DNA of 63,247 nt, filler included, from Olpidium bornovanus S191 (taxonomy: Eukaryota; Fungi; Olpidiomycota), in the NCBI GenBank assembly GCA_017911155.1. It is 29 parts of 29 records of this genome, joined end to end, with 100 filler letters (N's around TTAATTAATTAA, not from the genome) between each part and the next. Parts side by side here need not be neighbours in the genome. Positions count along the whole stretch, not along the records: positions 1 to 2,263 come from JAEFCI010004105.1; positions 2,364 to 3,517 come from JAEFCI010004241.1; positions 3,618 to 5,760 come from JAEFCI010001389.1; positions 5,861 to 10,184 come from JAEFCI010005034.1; positions 10,285 to 12,862 come from JAEFCI010000218.1; 24 more parts are not named here. One strand, 5' to 3'. The notes beneath the pieces were generated by a model. The model had not been told where the DNA came from and searched no databases. It saw only the letters and a program-made list of their open reading frames with translations. Below, in pieces: positions 1 to 10,983 of the stretch. Positions within the stretch are counted from its first letter, which is position 1; every line of letters starts with the position of its first letter. A program made the position numbers and the translations under genes.

Positions 1-29
1 AAAAAAAAAAAAAAAAGAAAAAGAAAAGG

Positions 30-360
30 GGTGCAGGCGCGGGCGATGCCGGCAACGAAAGAGAGAGAGAGAATGAAGGTACGCCCGGGGCTGTGCAAAA
101 AAAAATAATAATAAAAAAAGATGCCTGCGCGCGGATGCTGGCAAAGAAGGAATGAGGGAGAGAGAGAGAATAAAAGTACGCCCGGGTCTGCGCAAAAAAA
201 TAAATGCCGGCGCGCGCGATGCCGCAATTGGAGGCACGAGAGAGAGAGAGAGAATAAAGGTACGCCTGGGGCCGCAAAAAAAAAAGATGTGGGCGCGGCC
301 GATGCCGGCATGGAAGGAAGAAGAGAGAAGAGAGAGAGAGAGAGGGAGAGGAGGATGAAA
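30..360 (+). repeat. Degenerate ~85-bp tandem repeat, about 3.5 copies
   Basis: Recurring unit ATGCCxGCGCG..GATGCCG..(GA)n GAAT(A/G)AA(G/A)GTACGCC(C/T)GGG..GCAAAAAAA; units start near 35, 121, 204 and 287. Confidence 0.75.
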
Positions 361-589
361 TGACGTCCCGGTATCTCTTTCTCTCTGTCTCTTCCTTTTT
401 CTCGCCTGGGGAGGGGGCGAGAGAGAAAGAGAGAGCTCCTTCCCCGTTCGGTTTAAGCGCACCCCCCCCCCCCTCTTCCCCCCCTCCTTCAAGATCAAGG
501 GCAATCCACTACATACAAATGGCTGTCATAATCGTGGTTGAAGGGCTTGTCCAGGGCCCAGATAGCCCTCCAGGTATCGACGCACAGTT

Positions 590-985
590 TGCAAAGATAA
601 TTAACGACTATCAGGATACATTTTCAGCCCCCCTACCTCTCGTCGATGCTCTTCGTGCAAGTGCCAAAAGGGATCGTCCGTGAAATTAATATAGAATCTG
701 GCATTAAGCCGCTCAGCCAGCTGATATATCACTTATATCAGTGGCTGAGCTTACTGAGCTGCGGTGCCAGCTGAAGGAGCTTCTTGATGCTTGCCATACA
801 CGACATTCCAAGTCTCCTTGGGAGACCCCAATTCTTTTTGTAAAGCAAGGGGGTAAGACATACTGTGGATGTGCATCAATTATCGCCGTTTGAACGCCGT
901 CACTGTTAAGGACGCAACTTCCCTCGCCCTTCCCGAGGAGACAAGGCATAAACTGGCCGACGCCAAGGTCTTCTGTCAGCTTCTC
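590..985 (+). mobile_element. Degraded Ty3/gypsy reverse transcriptase N-terminal fragment
   Basis: Frameshifted translation ELTELRCQLKELLDACHTRHSKSPWETPILFVKQGG..MCINYRRLNAVTVKDATSLALPEE..LADAKVFCQL matches the gypsy RT pattern SPW.aP.lfVkK...RmCvdYR.LN..TvK. It stops before YxDD. Confidence 0.8.
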
Positions 986-1213
986 AACGAGAGCTTTCGT
1001 TCGACCGTGTTCGAGCCGTCTGCCGCCAGGCGCATTTTGTATGGCTGCTGGATTGGGATTCCACGGGTAGGGGAAACGGGCGGCGCGCGTAAAAGAGTCG
1101 GCAGCGTCGCCCCTCCGCGTCAGGTGGGCCCTCCTTGTTTTTTTCCCTACCACCCTCTTCCTCCCCATCCCTGCCCCTCCCGTTAGGTCTTTCCTTCGCT
1201 CCGCTCGCGAGCA

Positions 1214-2263
1214 ATGCAGCCCGCCCGCCCCGGGACACGGGCCATCGCCCGCGGCTCCGCGCCCGCGCCCGTGCTGCTGCGGGCCCTCTTGGCCCTGCTC
1301 CTCGCCTACACTGCCGCCGCGCAGCCGGCGCCCGTCCGGTTCTCCGTCGCCGAGTGCGTTGCCGACGACTCTCGCCCGCTACCCGTGGACTTCGCTGCCG
1401 TCGCCGTCGACCACGAGGACCTGGACGCGACCGCGATGATCTATGCCACCGGCAGCACCACCACGTCTCTCAGGGGCAGCAGGGGGAAAGTCAACATTTA
1501 CGCCCTCGGCCTGCACGTCGCCACCCAGGAGTACGGACCCGATTGCGGCTTCGTCGGTGGGGACGGCGCCCCCGTGTGCGCGCCAGCACTGGCCGGCCCA
1601 ACCGACTTCAGCCTGAAGTTGGTCAGTGGGCGGCGGGCCCCTGCAAGCGGTGGAGCTCGGCAGCCCTATCGTAGCTGACGGCGACTCTTTGCTTTCTCGC
1701 TTGTTGCCCGCACCCCACACCTTCTGTCCAGAACGTCTCCCTCCCGCTCGCCGTTCCCGGCGTAGAGTACTCTATTAGAGTCATACTAAGCGACAACGCT
1801 ACCGCTAGCCGGCAGCTCGGGTGCTTCGACGCCGGGATCGAATTGACGCACCCGCTTTATGAGCGCCTTATCACGATTTTGTCGTCAGCGCTTGTTTTTG
1901 CCGCCGCCCTCGCGACGGTCGGCCGCTACATGATGAGCCCGAAAACGCCCGCGAAGGCGGCGCTGCGCGCTCCGCTCGACCCGGCGCCCCTGGATCCCGG
2001 GGCCCACACGGCCGATCCTCCGTGCAGCCGCGACGGGCCGGTTTCCGGGTTCTCCATCTTCAGGCTGTCCTCGGGCTGGAGTCCCGACCTCGGCGACGTG
2101 GACCCGGTCGCCAGCCGTCGGCCCCCGGGCTTCGTGCAGATCATGATCTTCTGCCAGTTCATCGCCGCGACGGGCAGTCTGGCCTTCAAGGAGCCGACTT
2201 TCTACCGCCGTTTCGCTGCCGGATTCTCCTGGAGCGCGCTGGTCGGCCGCCTGCCCGCCATGC
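1214..2263 (+). CDS. FLC/TRP-like (fungal PKD2-like) membrane protein, 5' part
   Basis: Signal peptide (LLRALLALLLAYTAAA) then a Cys-containing lumenal domain. The GT-AG intron 1622-1731 joins in frame to ORF 1843. A TM helix and QIMIFCQFIAATGSLAFKEPTFYRRFAAGFSWS resemble the fungal TRP domain (Q..al.g.l.v.yP..yrsF...FaWS). Truncated by the contig end. Confidence 0.72.
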
Positions 2264-2363
2264 NNNNNNNNNNNNNNNNNNNNNNNNNNNNNNNNNNNNN
2301 NNNNNNNTTAATTAATTAANNNNNNNNNNNNNNNNNNNNNNNNNNNNNNNNNNNNNNNNNNNN
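2264..2363. other. Artificial contig linker (first of 28 identical 100-bp spacers)
   Basis: 44 N + TTAATTAATTAA (stops in all six frames) + 44 N. The same spacer starts at 2264, 3518, 5761, 10185, 12863, 14818, 15986, 17251, 19024, 20339, 21828, 24549, 25696, 29117, 30951, 35016, 37037, 38458, 40221, 41811, 43250, 44626, 46924, 51495, 56100, 58816, 60402 and 62066. Confidence 0.99.
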
Positions 2364-3296
2364 CATGTCCATCGTGAAAAATGACGAGGGGCCCGATTGG
2401 CCGCAAAAAGTCTCGAACGCGCGGACGCGCGGCTGCAATCCTGCATTGACCGTGAGAACGGTCCTCCGGTGCGGGGCGCCCGCCGCGTCAACTGACGTGC
2501 GAACCGCCCGTCCCTTCGTCCCACGCTGAAGCCAGTCCCGCGCGGGGAGCCTCCCGGCCTGCGCCCGTGCCTCGTTTTCCGGGGCCAGAAAACTTGCAGG
2601 ACGCTTCATTCCCAGGGCGGGATGCAGAGTCGCGAGCCGAGGCGGACTTCGCCGAAAACGGTGTAAAGCGGCTTTGGCACACGCCGCTCGGGTGGTTATG
2701 TGGTCTGACTTCATCAATGAAACGCCTTTCACGCCAATCCCCCGGCGGCGCTTCAGATCGGGTTTGGGGCCTGGCCCACCGCCGCGTGATTTCAAAAACG
2801 ATGCGAGCGGCGCTTCTCGGAAACGGTGCGAGGCCGTTCCTCCAGCCTCTGGTGGACGGCGGCGATCGACCTTCCATCGTCGGCAAACCAGCGCGGAATT
2901 CGCCGTGAATCGCGTCCGCCAACTGCCGACGGCGTTGATCCTGCCGGCCGCGGCACACGGCGGTGACCCGGGGAAGGAACTCTCGGCACACGGGCAGGGA
3001 CCCCCGGCACGCGGGCAGGAAACGCGCGCTCGCCACACTGGGCCGTCACGGTGCCGTCCCAATCGCTCTTCGTTTTCAACGGAAAATGCCGGCGTACGCG
3101 TGCGTTTGGCCCCGGCGCGCGAACCCACGCCACGGGAACAACGCCAAGCAGAACACCCGTGAATAGTCGAGGAGGCCTTTTGGGCTGGAAACAGGTTGGC
3201 GTGGGTATAACCGATGCGGAGCGCTAAGTGTTAAAGAAAAGAAGGAACAAGAGGACCGCGGATCTGCTTACCCACGTCTCGTCCCCAGTTCGCCAT
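2364..3296 (-). CDS. Hypothetical protein, 5' part
   Basis: ATG 3296, exon MANWGRDV, then a 48-nt GTAAGC..TTAAC..TTAG intron (3271-3224) that splices in frame into the long ORF 2316..3128. No family recognised. Confidence 0.35.
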
Positions 3297-3617
3297 GGTA
3301 AATAGGCTATTTTTCCGCACGACGCGGGATGTCGCCAAAACAAACCATAATTAAAAAAAGAAAAGACATTGCAGCCGCACGCACCGCTCAACTTTCCCCC
3401 GGCGCGTTCTCGCTCACGGAGGCAAACGGTCAGAAGCTCGGCCGCCGTATCCGATGGGACAAATCCTCGAACTAGCCCGCTGCCGCGGCGTTCCTGATTC
3501 TCCGCTTAGGGCCCTGGNNNNNNNNNNNNNNNNNNNNNNNNNNNNNNNNNNNNNNNNNNNNTTAATTAATTAANNNNNNNNNNNNNNNNNNNNNNNNNNN
3601 NNNNNNNNNNNNNNNNN

Positions 3618-5156
3618 CCATGTGCAAATGTGTAAGCGTCTTAGCCAGGCGCGCGATAGCGGAAGCCGACAAGTCGGTGAGCTGAGAGCACTTCGCCAAT
3701 GCCAGCGTGCGCAGGCGCGGCGCAGCGTCCACGATGCGCGCGACGGATTCGTCCGAAAGGGTGTTGCAGAGCGAGAGGTCCAGGCCGCGCAGCTGGTCGT
3801 GCGACCGGGGAAGCAGAGCCTTAAACGCCTCGTCCGTGACCTGCGTACAGGCGCTGAGGCGCAGTTCACGAATACGCCTGCTTGTAGCAAAAATCTTCCT
3901 GACCGCCGCGTCGGTGATGGCGGTGCAATGTGACAGCTCCAGCTCCAGCAGGTTCTCGCAACAGTCGACTAGCGTGGACAAACTGCCGTCTCCGATGTTT
4001 TCACACCCGGAAAACTTTCCCTTGCGGAGCAGCGGGCAGCCTTTCGCCAACGCGTCCAATCCGCGGTCTGTGATTCTCACACAACCCACAAAGTTGACGT
4101 TGGAAAGCTTGGGACAGTGTTCGCCGAACGCGACCAACACCGAGTCGTCCGTTTCCACCACGTGCGACATGTCGACCGAGACGAGGCCGCGGCAGGCGCC
4201 GAGGTACACGAGACTGGAAGGCGTCAAGGAGCGGCAGCCCCCCAGAGTAAGCCGTTCCAACCTGTAGCATTCCGTCAAAGCCTTCAACATGGCGTCTGTC
4301 AGTTGCTCGTGTAAACTGGAAAGGCTCAATTTCCTATGCAAATGTCGTTGGGGCGCACGAACGCAGAAAAGCAGTCGTCAGTCACGGAGTGTATTTCTTT
4401 CATCAAGTCCGACGATCTACAGGGGCGAGACTCATCAAAGAAGGCCGAGACAGCCTCCGCCTCTCGCGGACGTACGTTACAAAGCTGGCGTAAGCAAAAG
4501 TTTGCGGTTTATGCTTGAGCGTTCGCATCAACCGGAATACCTGGGTAGGTGTGGTGGGGTTTGGCTTCTGCCACAAAGCACGGACCGTGTGATGGAGCCT
4601 GTTGGGACGGGAAAACAAATGTAGAACGCGGTCGGCATCTGCGTCTGCGCGACGAAGAGGACGCGACACACCGCTCGGGCATGCGGAGACAACTGCCTCA
4701 GGGGCGCGTTACGTGACGGTAAAGGCGGACTTTCTAGGCCCGTATGTGGGGCAGGCCGGGCGCCCGACAACTCGGCCACACAACAGGCACCCCTCGGGCC
4801 CCCACTTGCGCAACCCAACCCGCCACCCGTCCCGCACAACGGTGCGGCTGGAAACCGTGTGTTACGCACCATCGGTGACTGACCAGCATGCACGAAGTGA
4901 GGTCCTTCTTGGAGCGGACGAAGGAGACAACCTGCCACAGCAGCTCGTTCGGCAGGTCGTCTATAGACGTCGGCTTTTTCTGCGGGAGCTGGCGATGGGC
5001 GAGCGCACCAGCAGCCGCGTTAGCGGTCGCGGCCGGGACGGCGGCGGCGGCAGCGCACCGGCCGGCCTCCCTTGGCGGGCGCGGGGCGTCGCCGTTGCGG
5101 CGATCCGCGGCCGCAGAGTCGCCCTCGGGCTCCGTGAGGCGCCCGCAGGCCACCAT
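3618..5156 (-). CDS. GRR1: F-box/LRR protein, Grr1-like SCF substrate receptor (partial)
   Basis: F-box SIDDLPNELLWQVVSFVRSKKDLTSCMLVSHRW; next exon ALWQKP..FAYASFV; then RKLSLSSL and a run of Cys-containing LRRs (LERLTLGGCRSLT, LDLSLCNTLSD, LALAKCSQLTD). The start is uncertain because the frame stays open upstream of 5156. Confidence 0.85.
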
Positions 5157-5480
5157 TGCTGGGGCCTGCGCGGCGCCTCGCGCGCAAAAGCCGGCGGACA
5201 GCAGCTCGGTCGCGGCGAGCGGTCGGTCCCGGGTCGGGGCGGCGGCCTGCAGGAGCTCCTCCTTCGAGGTCAGCGGCGGGCCGAAAGCGCCGGCGAGTTG
5301 CGGGGGAAGTCCGGGGATGGGGACGAGGGGGTTGAGGGAACGGGCGCCGGGGTGGGGGAAGAGGGTGTGGGTCGAGGAAAGGGGGGGGGGGGGGGTTGGG
5401 AAAGGGGGGGGGGGGGCTTTTTTTTTTTTTTTTTTTTCCCTTCTGGGGAAGAGGGGGGACCGGCTTGTGACTTTTTTTTT

Positions 5481-5521
<41 letters not shown>

Positions 5522-5860
5522 CGGGGGTTTGGGGGGGGGGGGGGGGGGGGGGGAGGGGAAGTTAAATGTAAATATATACGTACAGTGTATTTTTATATAG
5601 AGAGAACCCCCCGGTCCGCCATGCCATAACTACGGCGGCCCCAATCCATTTTTGTTTTGCACCAGGTGCGCCCGGTATACGGCCGGAAAATAATCCGCAA
5701 CAGCACGCAGATCGCCACAACCCGACGTAACGGCAGACGGGGCACAAAGCGGGCAGCATCNNNNNNNNNNNNNNNNNNNNNNNNNNNNNNNNNNNNNNNN
5801 NNNNTTAATTAATTAANNNNNNNNNNNNNNNNNNNNNNNNNNNNNNNNNNNNNNNNNNNN

Positions 5861-6165
5861 GCCTGTATGGGCTGAAGCAGGCTCCGAGACTTTGGAATCA
5901 ACTGTGTCTCGGAGATGTGCAGGCTTGGCCTCAGCCAAGTAGCTAATGACCAAGTCGTCTTCGTCGGGAAAGTAGTCCATGTCGCGATATACGTGGACGA
6001 CGTGATCATTGTCGGCAAGTGCCCAGATGTCAATAAGATCAAGTCGGAGTTCGCCAAGGCCTTCAAGATGAAGGATCTTGGGCAGGCATGCTACGTGCTC
6101 GGGATGCACATATCCCGGTCCAGGGCTGAGCGCAGGCTGGTCCTGTCGCAAACAAAATACGCCGC
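5861..6165 (+). mobile_element. Ty1/copia reverse transcriptase fragment with YVDD
   Basis: LYGLKQAPRLWNQ, then a frameshift, then VAIYVDDVIIVG..FKMKDLGQACYVLGMHI..LVLSQTKY. Confidence 0.92.
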
Positions 6166-6202
6166 TCATCATTCCTATTGGATGCTGTCCACACTTGGAG
6201 AA

Positions 6203-6340
6203 CATGAGTGCCTCGTGGATGGTCCGCGGGTCCACTGCGACCCCTTGGTCCGTGGCATGAAGTTCGTCATTTTTAAACCGTGCGGCAGCCGTGTCATCGT
6301 CATCGTTGCGGCTCTCGTGGCGCAGGTGACGTGCAAACTC
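6203..6340 (-). mobile_element. Possible copia integrase-RT spacer fragment, inverted relative to the RT piece
   Basis: NDDDDTAAARFKNDELHATDQGVAVDPRTIHEAL; (D/E)P.T..EAL is the motif that precedes copia RT. The match is short. Confidence 0.4.
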
Positions 6341-6842
6341 GATTCTGCCTTAGGCTTATTGCTGCCGCCAGGCTCTCTTTTTTTTTTTTTTTTCTCTTGC
6401 TTCTTGCGGGGGCGGGCCATTTTCAAGCCATATGTCCCTTTTTCCCGCAATTGTAGCACTTGGGGTCATCTTCCTTGGCGCGCTTTGGCAGTTCGATGGC
6501 GGGGCGGCGTCACCGACGCACCAGTCGGGATCAAGTTCTCGGGCGGCCAACCTCCCTCTTCTTGAGGCTTCTTTGGCCACCTCGGACATCAAGGTTTGCA
6601 GCAGCAACTCCGAGGGCGCAGGTGCCATCCAGCATTCCACAGCCACCGGCGCCGGACCTTCTCCATTTGGCCCCCAAACTAGATGCCCCTCGGGATCCAT
6701 GGCATGAATAACAGGGTAACGAATCAAATGTTTCTCACACATTTGTGCACATGCCTTGGAACAAGCGAAAGAAAAGGAATCATATGTACAGACAAAAACG
6801 AAGACCGTACATCATGCACGGTATAACGACCTTGGCAAACGA

Positions 6843-8610
6843 TTACTTCTCCAAACCGAGAACGTGCTTCTTCCGCTCCGCGACGTGCGGCACGCTGCCC
6901 GGTTTGCTGTGTTTCCGGCGGTTCTCTTCCTTGACTGCCCGCGCTTGCAGCATCGTACGCTTAAGCTTCGAAGCGCTGTAGATCGCCTTCGGAACGTGCC
7001 GGTGCCTGCAAGTATGGAAGCGTCGGCAGGTAAGCAACCGGGAAAAAAAGAAGCAGGAGTGGTGTGGAGAGCTGAAGACGCCGGAAAACGTCGGGACGCA
7101 AGGACGTACCGTGCGATTCGCTTGACCTCAGGCAGGTCCTTGTACCGTTCTTTGAGCTTCTCGGTGTATTCGAAGTGGTTCCGCTCACGGAATTCCTTCT
7201 GTAAACCAAGTCATTTGGTTACGACGGATCCAAACGTTGTGCACTAACCGTTAAACGACATAGATTTCCAAGCTTACCGCGCCCAGTTTCTCGTTGACTT
7301 TGCCTTTCCACAGGCGTATGTTACCGTCATCAGATCCAGAAAGGACAAATTTGGCATCCATGCTGAATTTGACGCAAAACAGTCTGCAGCAAACGGCGGG
7401 CACTCGAAAGGGTTAGTAACCGAATTATCTAGCCGCGTTTCGAGGTAAAATCTGTGCAGGTCCAAAAATTTCCAAACCTCTGCATTCGTTTCGTATGATA
7501 AATGTCGCGGCTGTTTCATCTCCGCGCTTCAAAAATCCTGAGCGACCTATCGTACGACCCGGTCACGAACTCTTCGCCGGTTGGCGAATAGGCGAGGTCC
7601 AGCCTGTGACGCAACATTCGAACATCGGTCAGCATTCTGCCTCGCAGCTGCCAGCCGCAATCTGTTCTGCCCTTGTAAACATACACAGCGGGAACATGGT
7701 CCGTCAAAACGTTCAACGCGCTCCTCATTTTCCGCATGTCAAAGGTATAACAACTGTGATCCTCGTTGGCCTAACCGAGAGCGCGTGAAAGCTCAGCGAC
7801 CAAGAGTCCAAGCACGCACAACAACGGAAACGAGGTAGCCGCCCAGAACTTACCACTGTGAAGTTGAACGCCTCTATAGGGTTCCACGCGATCGCGTTTG
7901 ACTTCATCTGCGAGGCACACGATTGGACATTGGGTCAATGTGCTGTAAGATTTGCTGATACGTGTGGGCGCGCGATGACACACACCGCCAACATGAATTT
8001 GCTGATCAGCGAACTGGTGCGCAGGTCGTAAAGCACAACCGACCGGTCCGTGCCACAACTCAACAATATATTAACTTTCGTCTGGTTAAACGTGACGGCG
8101 TTGACGGTATCGACTCCCCAATTCCATGTCGACAGGGATTCTGAGTTGTTGTTGGCACGAGACGGCGTCAGCTCCGCCACCCCCCCCCCCCCAACATTCT
8201 TGCTGAGAGCGCCGGCGTTTTTCACGGCAGCCCCATACCGGGCTTCATTCCAGATATCTACGGCAGCGCCGGAAGTGGCGAAAACCGCCTCGGTCCGATG
8301 GTGGTGAACTGCAGTAAAGGCGGCTTTGCCGACAAACTTGGATACAGGCTGGGACGAGGTTGTCGATGCGAGGGCCCGCCGTCAACCGCAACTCGCCGTA
8401 TAACGGCAGGTAGAGCAAACCCCCCCCCCTCCCTTTTCCACCCCTGGGCGGGGTCCGAGCTCGAACTGCTCGGGCGTCCATGTCTTCACGGTCTTGTCCG
8501 TCCCCACGCTCAGGAACCTGTCCTCGGTCGGGAAGAAGGTCACGCCGCGCACGATGCCCCTGTGCGCGCCCGAGACCGACCAAACGGTCCGCTTAAGCAC
8601 GCCCGAAGAT
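6843..8610 (-). CDS. SOF1: Sof1/DCAF13 WD40 U3 snoRNP protein (5' end not found)
   Basis: Multi-exon: AHRGIVRGV..VGTDKTVKTW; WGVDTVNAVTFNQ..SCGTDRSVVLYDLR; MKSNAIAWNPIEAFNFT; DHVPA..LAYSPTGEEFVTGSYDRSLRIF; SGSDDGNIRLWKG; RHRHVPKAIY..ENRRKHSKPGSVP; stop at 6843. Confidence 0.95.
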
Positions 8611-8700
8611 CCTGAAAATGCTGGCCACGACTTTACAAGTGAGGCTAGCTGGTATTTGTTCCCGTTCCAAAAGGAAAAAAAAAAAAAAAAAAAAAAAAAA

Positions 8701-9182
8701 GGCGACTGTGGCGAATTCAAATGCGTGTTTCGGGCGCGCCAAAGGGAAATTTACCGCTCGGCGCCGTCACCGTGGAAAGGTCCATTGACAAATCCTGTTT
8801 TTGGTGGCCTTACTCCAAGGGGCCACGCTGCACCGCGCGATCGCTTTACACAGGGGACATTTCCAATACTTCCAAGTTATCCAGAAAATATTCCGCCTAT
8901 TGTTTACACCAATCTTGTTCCTCGTTTTTCTTTTTTTTTATCTTTTTTTTTGGCGACGACTTCAGCGCAGCAGATTGCCTTACGCTCCAGGTGTTTTCCC
9001 CGATTGCCTTTTATACACCTCCATTCGATAATGCACGTAAATATGTGTTGCAGGCCTTCGAAAACTATCGCACAGAGATGCGGGATCAGACTACAAACAT
9101 CCGGCTCCCTGTGAATATTCGCAGAAACGGACTCGCCAAGTTTCTCGTCAAACGAGTCCGATTATTATCCGATCGACGCTGA
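8701..9182 (+). CDS. Unidentified 3' exon(s)
   Basis: Polypyrimidine tract, branch-like CTTAC and CCAG acceptor at 8990, then VFSPIAFYTPPFDNARKYVLQAFENYRTEMRDQTTNIRLPVNIRRNGLAKFLVKRVRLLSDRR-stop. Confidence 0.35.
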
Positions 9183-9463
9183 TGCGATCTTCACCCCAGC
9201 ATCAGCGCGGAATTATGCCGCGCATATCTGAGTGCGATACTCGACAACCAGCCAAGCCAACAAAAAAATAAGGCGTCAGTGGCGTTTATGATGCAGCAGC
9301 GAATGACGGCCTGAGACACTTTCCCGCCCTGCAGATGCCGCCGATTACGGCATCAGATGCACTCTAAAAATTGTTTTTTCCTGGCTTCCGTGACAAACCT
9401 GTTGACGTAGTGTGTTGCTCTCCTTCCCTTGTGCGCCGCGCAGGGCGAATGTCACTCACCCTT

Positions 9464-10184
9464 TCACTGGAGGGCCTCAAGGGCCGCCCTGAGTGTGTTC
9501 ACAAACTTCCAGACGTCCTCGAATGTGTTGTACAGCGGCGTCGGTGCGACGCGTATGCAATCAGGTTCGCGCTTATCGCAAACGACGCCCGCGGCAAGGA
9601 GGGACGCAAACACCTCCCGGACGCGCCCGTTTTCAAACAGCAGGGACAGCTGACACCCGCGCTGCGCCGGGTTTAACGGTGTGGCCAACCGCAGACGGCA
9701 GCCTGCCGGGGATGACCGCGAAGTCAGCGGCTCCAGCAGAAATTCCAGGTATCCCGTTAGAAGTAAGGACTTCTCCCGCCTGGCCTCTGTCGTCGTCTGC
9801 TCGAACACGTCCAGCGACGCAAGGAGGCACACCGTGGTCAGCACCGACGGATTTGATAGCTGGAAGCCGTATGCACCGGGCGTCGGTTCGAAGTCTGCGG
9901 GAGTCGCTAGCAATGAGCAGACTTCGAGGGCCGTAACATTCTACTGGAGCACGACTGGAAGTAGAAATCACCTGTTGACATCAAAAAGCGTGTCTCCTTT
10001 CGGTTGCCCCACCACCCCGAAAACCTGGGAAGGGCAAAAGAAACCGTTAGGCTACCAAAATCCCCATGAGATTTTACGAACTCAGCCCCGGGTTGTCTTC
10101 AACCAAGCTGCGACGTTTTGGCAGGTGCTTTACCTTGGACGATCAAAGTCGTTCGCAAACCTTTCGTGCACAAACAGACCCGCA
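9464..10184 (-). CDS. BNA5: Kynureninase, C-terminal part
   Basis: AGLFVHERF..DRPR | FSGWWGNRKETRFLM | FEPTPGAYGFQLSNPSVL..KSLLLTGYLEFLL..NPAQRGCQLSL..GVVCDKREPDCIRVAPTPLYNTFEDV. Confidence 0.95.
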
Positions 10185-10983
10185 NNNNNNNNNNNNNNNN
10201 NNNNNNNNNNNNNNNNNNNNNNNNNNNNTTAATTAATTAANNNNNNNNNNNNNNNNNNNNNNNNNNNNNNNNNNNNNNNNNNNNCATTTCGCGCGCCGCG
10301 TCTTTTTCTTCTCAAACCGGGGTCCTTTTTTGCACAATCGTACGCCCGCAGGTACAACGATAAGGCACGTCCTCTTTGTGGCCCCTTTGTTTCTGGACCC
10401 GGCTTTTGCCGGTAGCGCGGAAAAAAAAATGGCTAACACGTTCCGCTGCACGCAATTCCCGTTTCACAGTTGGACGACTACGATTTGCTGTAGAAGAAAC
10501 GTGCGCCGCAAACATGACCGGTGACTGCACTTGTTGGCCTTTGCCAGTTTGGCGCCTCCGCCTTCCCGCTGCTCGAGCCACTGCGCCTCGATCCACCACG
10601 TTTGGAGAAGGTGGGAGGTGGGAGGGGGGGTGGGGAAGGGTGATGTCAGGACGGCGAACGCGGCGAAAATCTCCCTGGTCCTAGCGCACCCGAACCCCAC
10701 TCCGTTTTTCGCCTTCCGTCTTTGTCATTTTTTTTTATTTCAACAAAGACGGTTTTTTTGCGATTGAACAAAAAAAAAAAATTGCGCCGAGTGACGCGTA
10801 TATATTAAGCGGTTTATTGTGGAACAGGTGCAAGCTGTATGTAACCCCGGCGAAGTGCAAATGCAAGAGAAAGTTTGGGTGGACATTAAACTAATGGATG
10901 ACGGGGATTATTTGTCTGGAGAAGAGGGGGTTTGATTATGGCGCACTTAAGAGAGTCCGGACATCTTATCCGCGCGTTTCCGA

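Noticed and set aside
2308-2319. TTAATTAATTAA palindrome repeated 28 times, superficially like a repeat array or recombination site
   Set aside because: It is always centred in exactly 44 N on each side; it is a six-frame-stop assembly linker.
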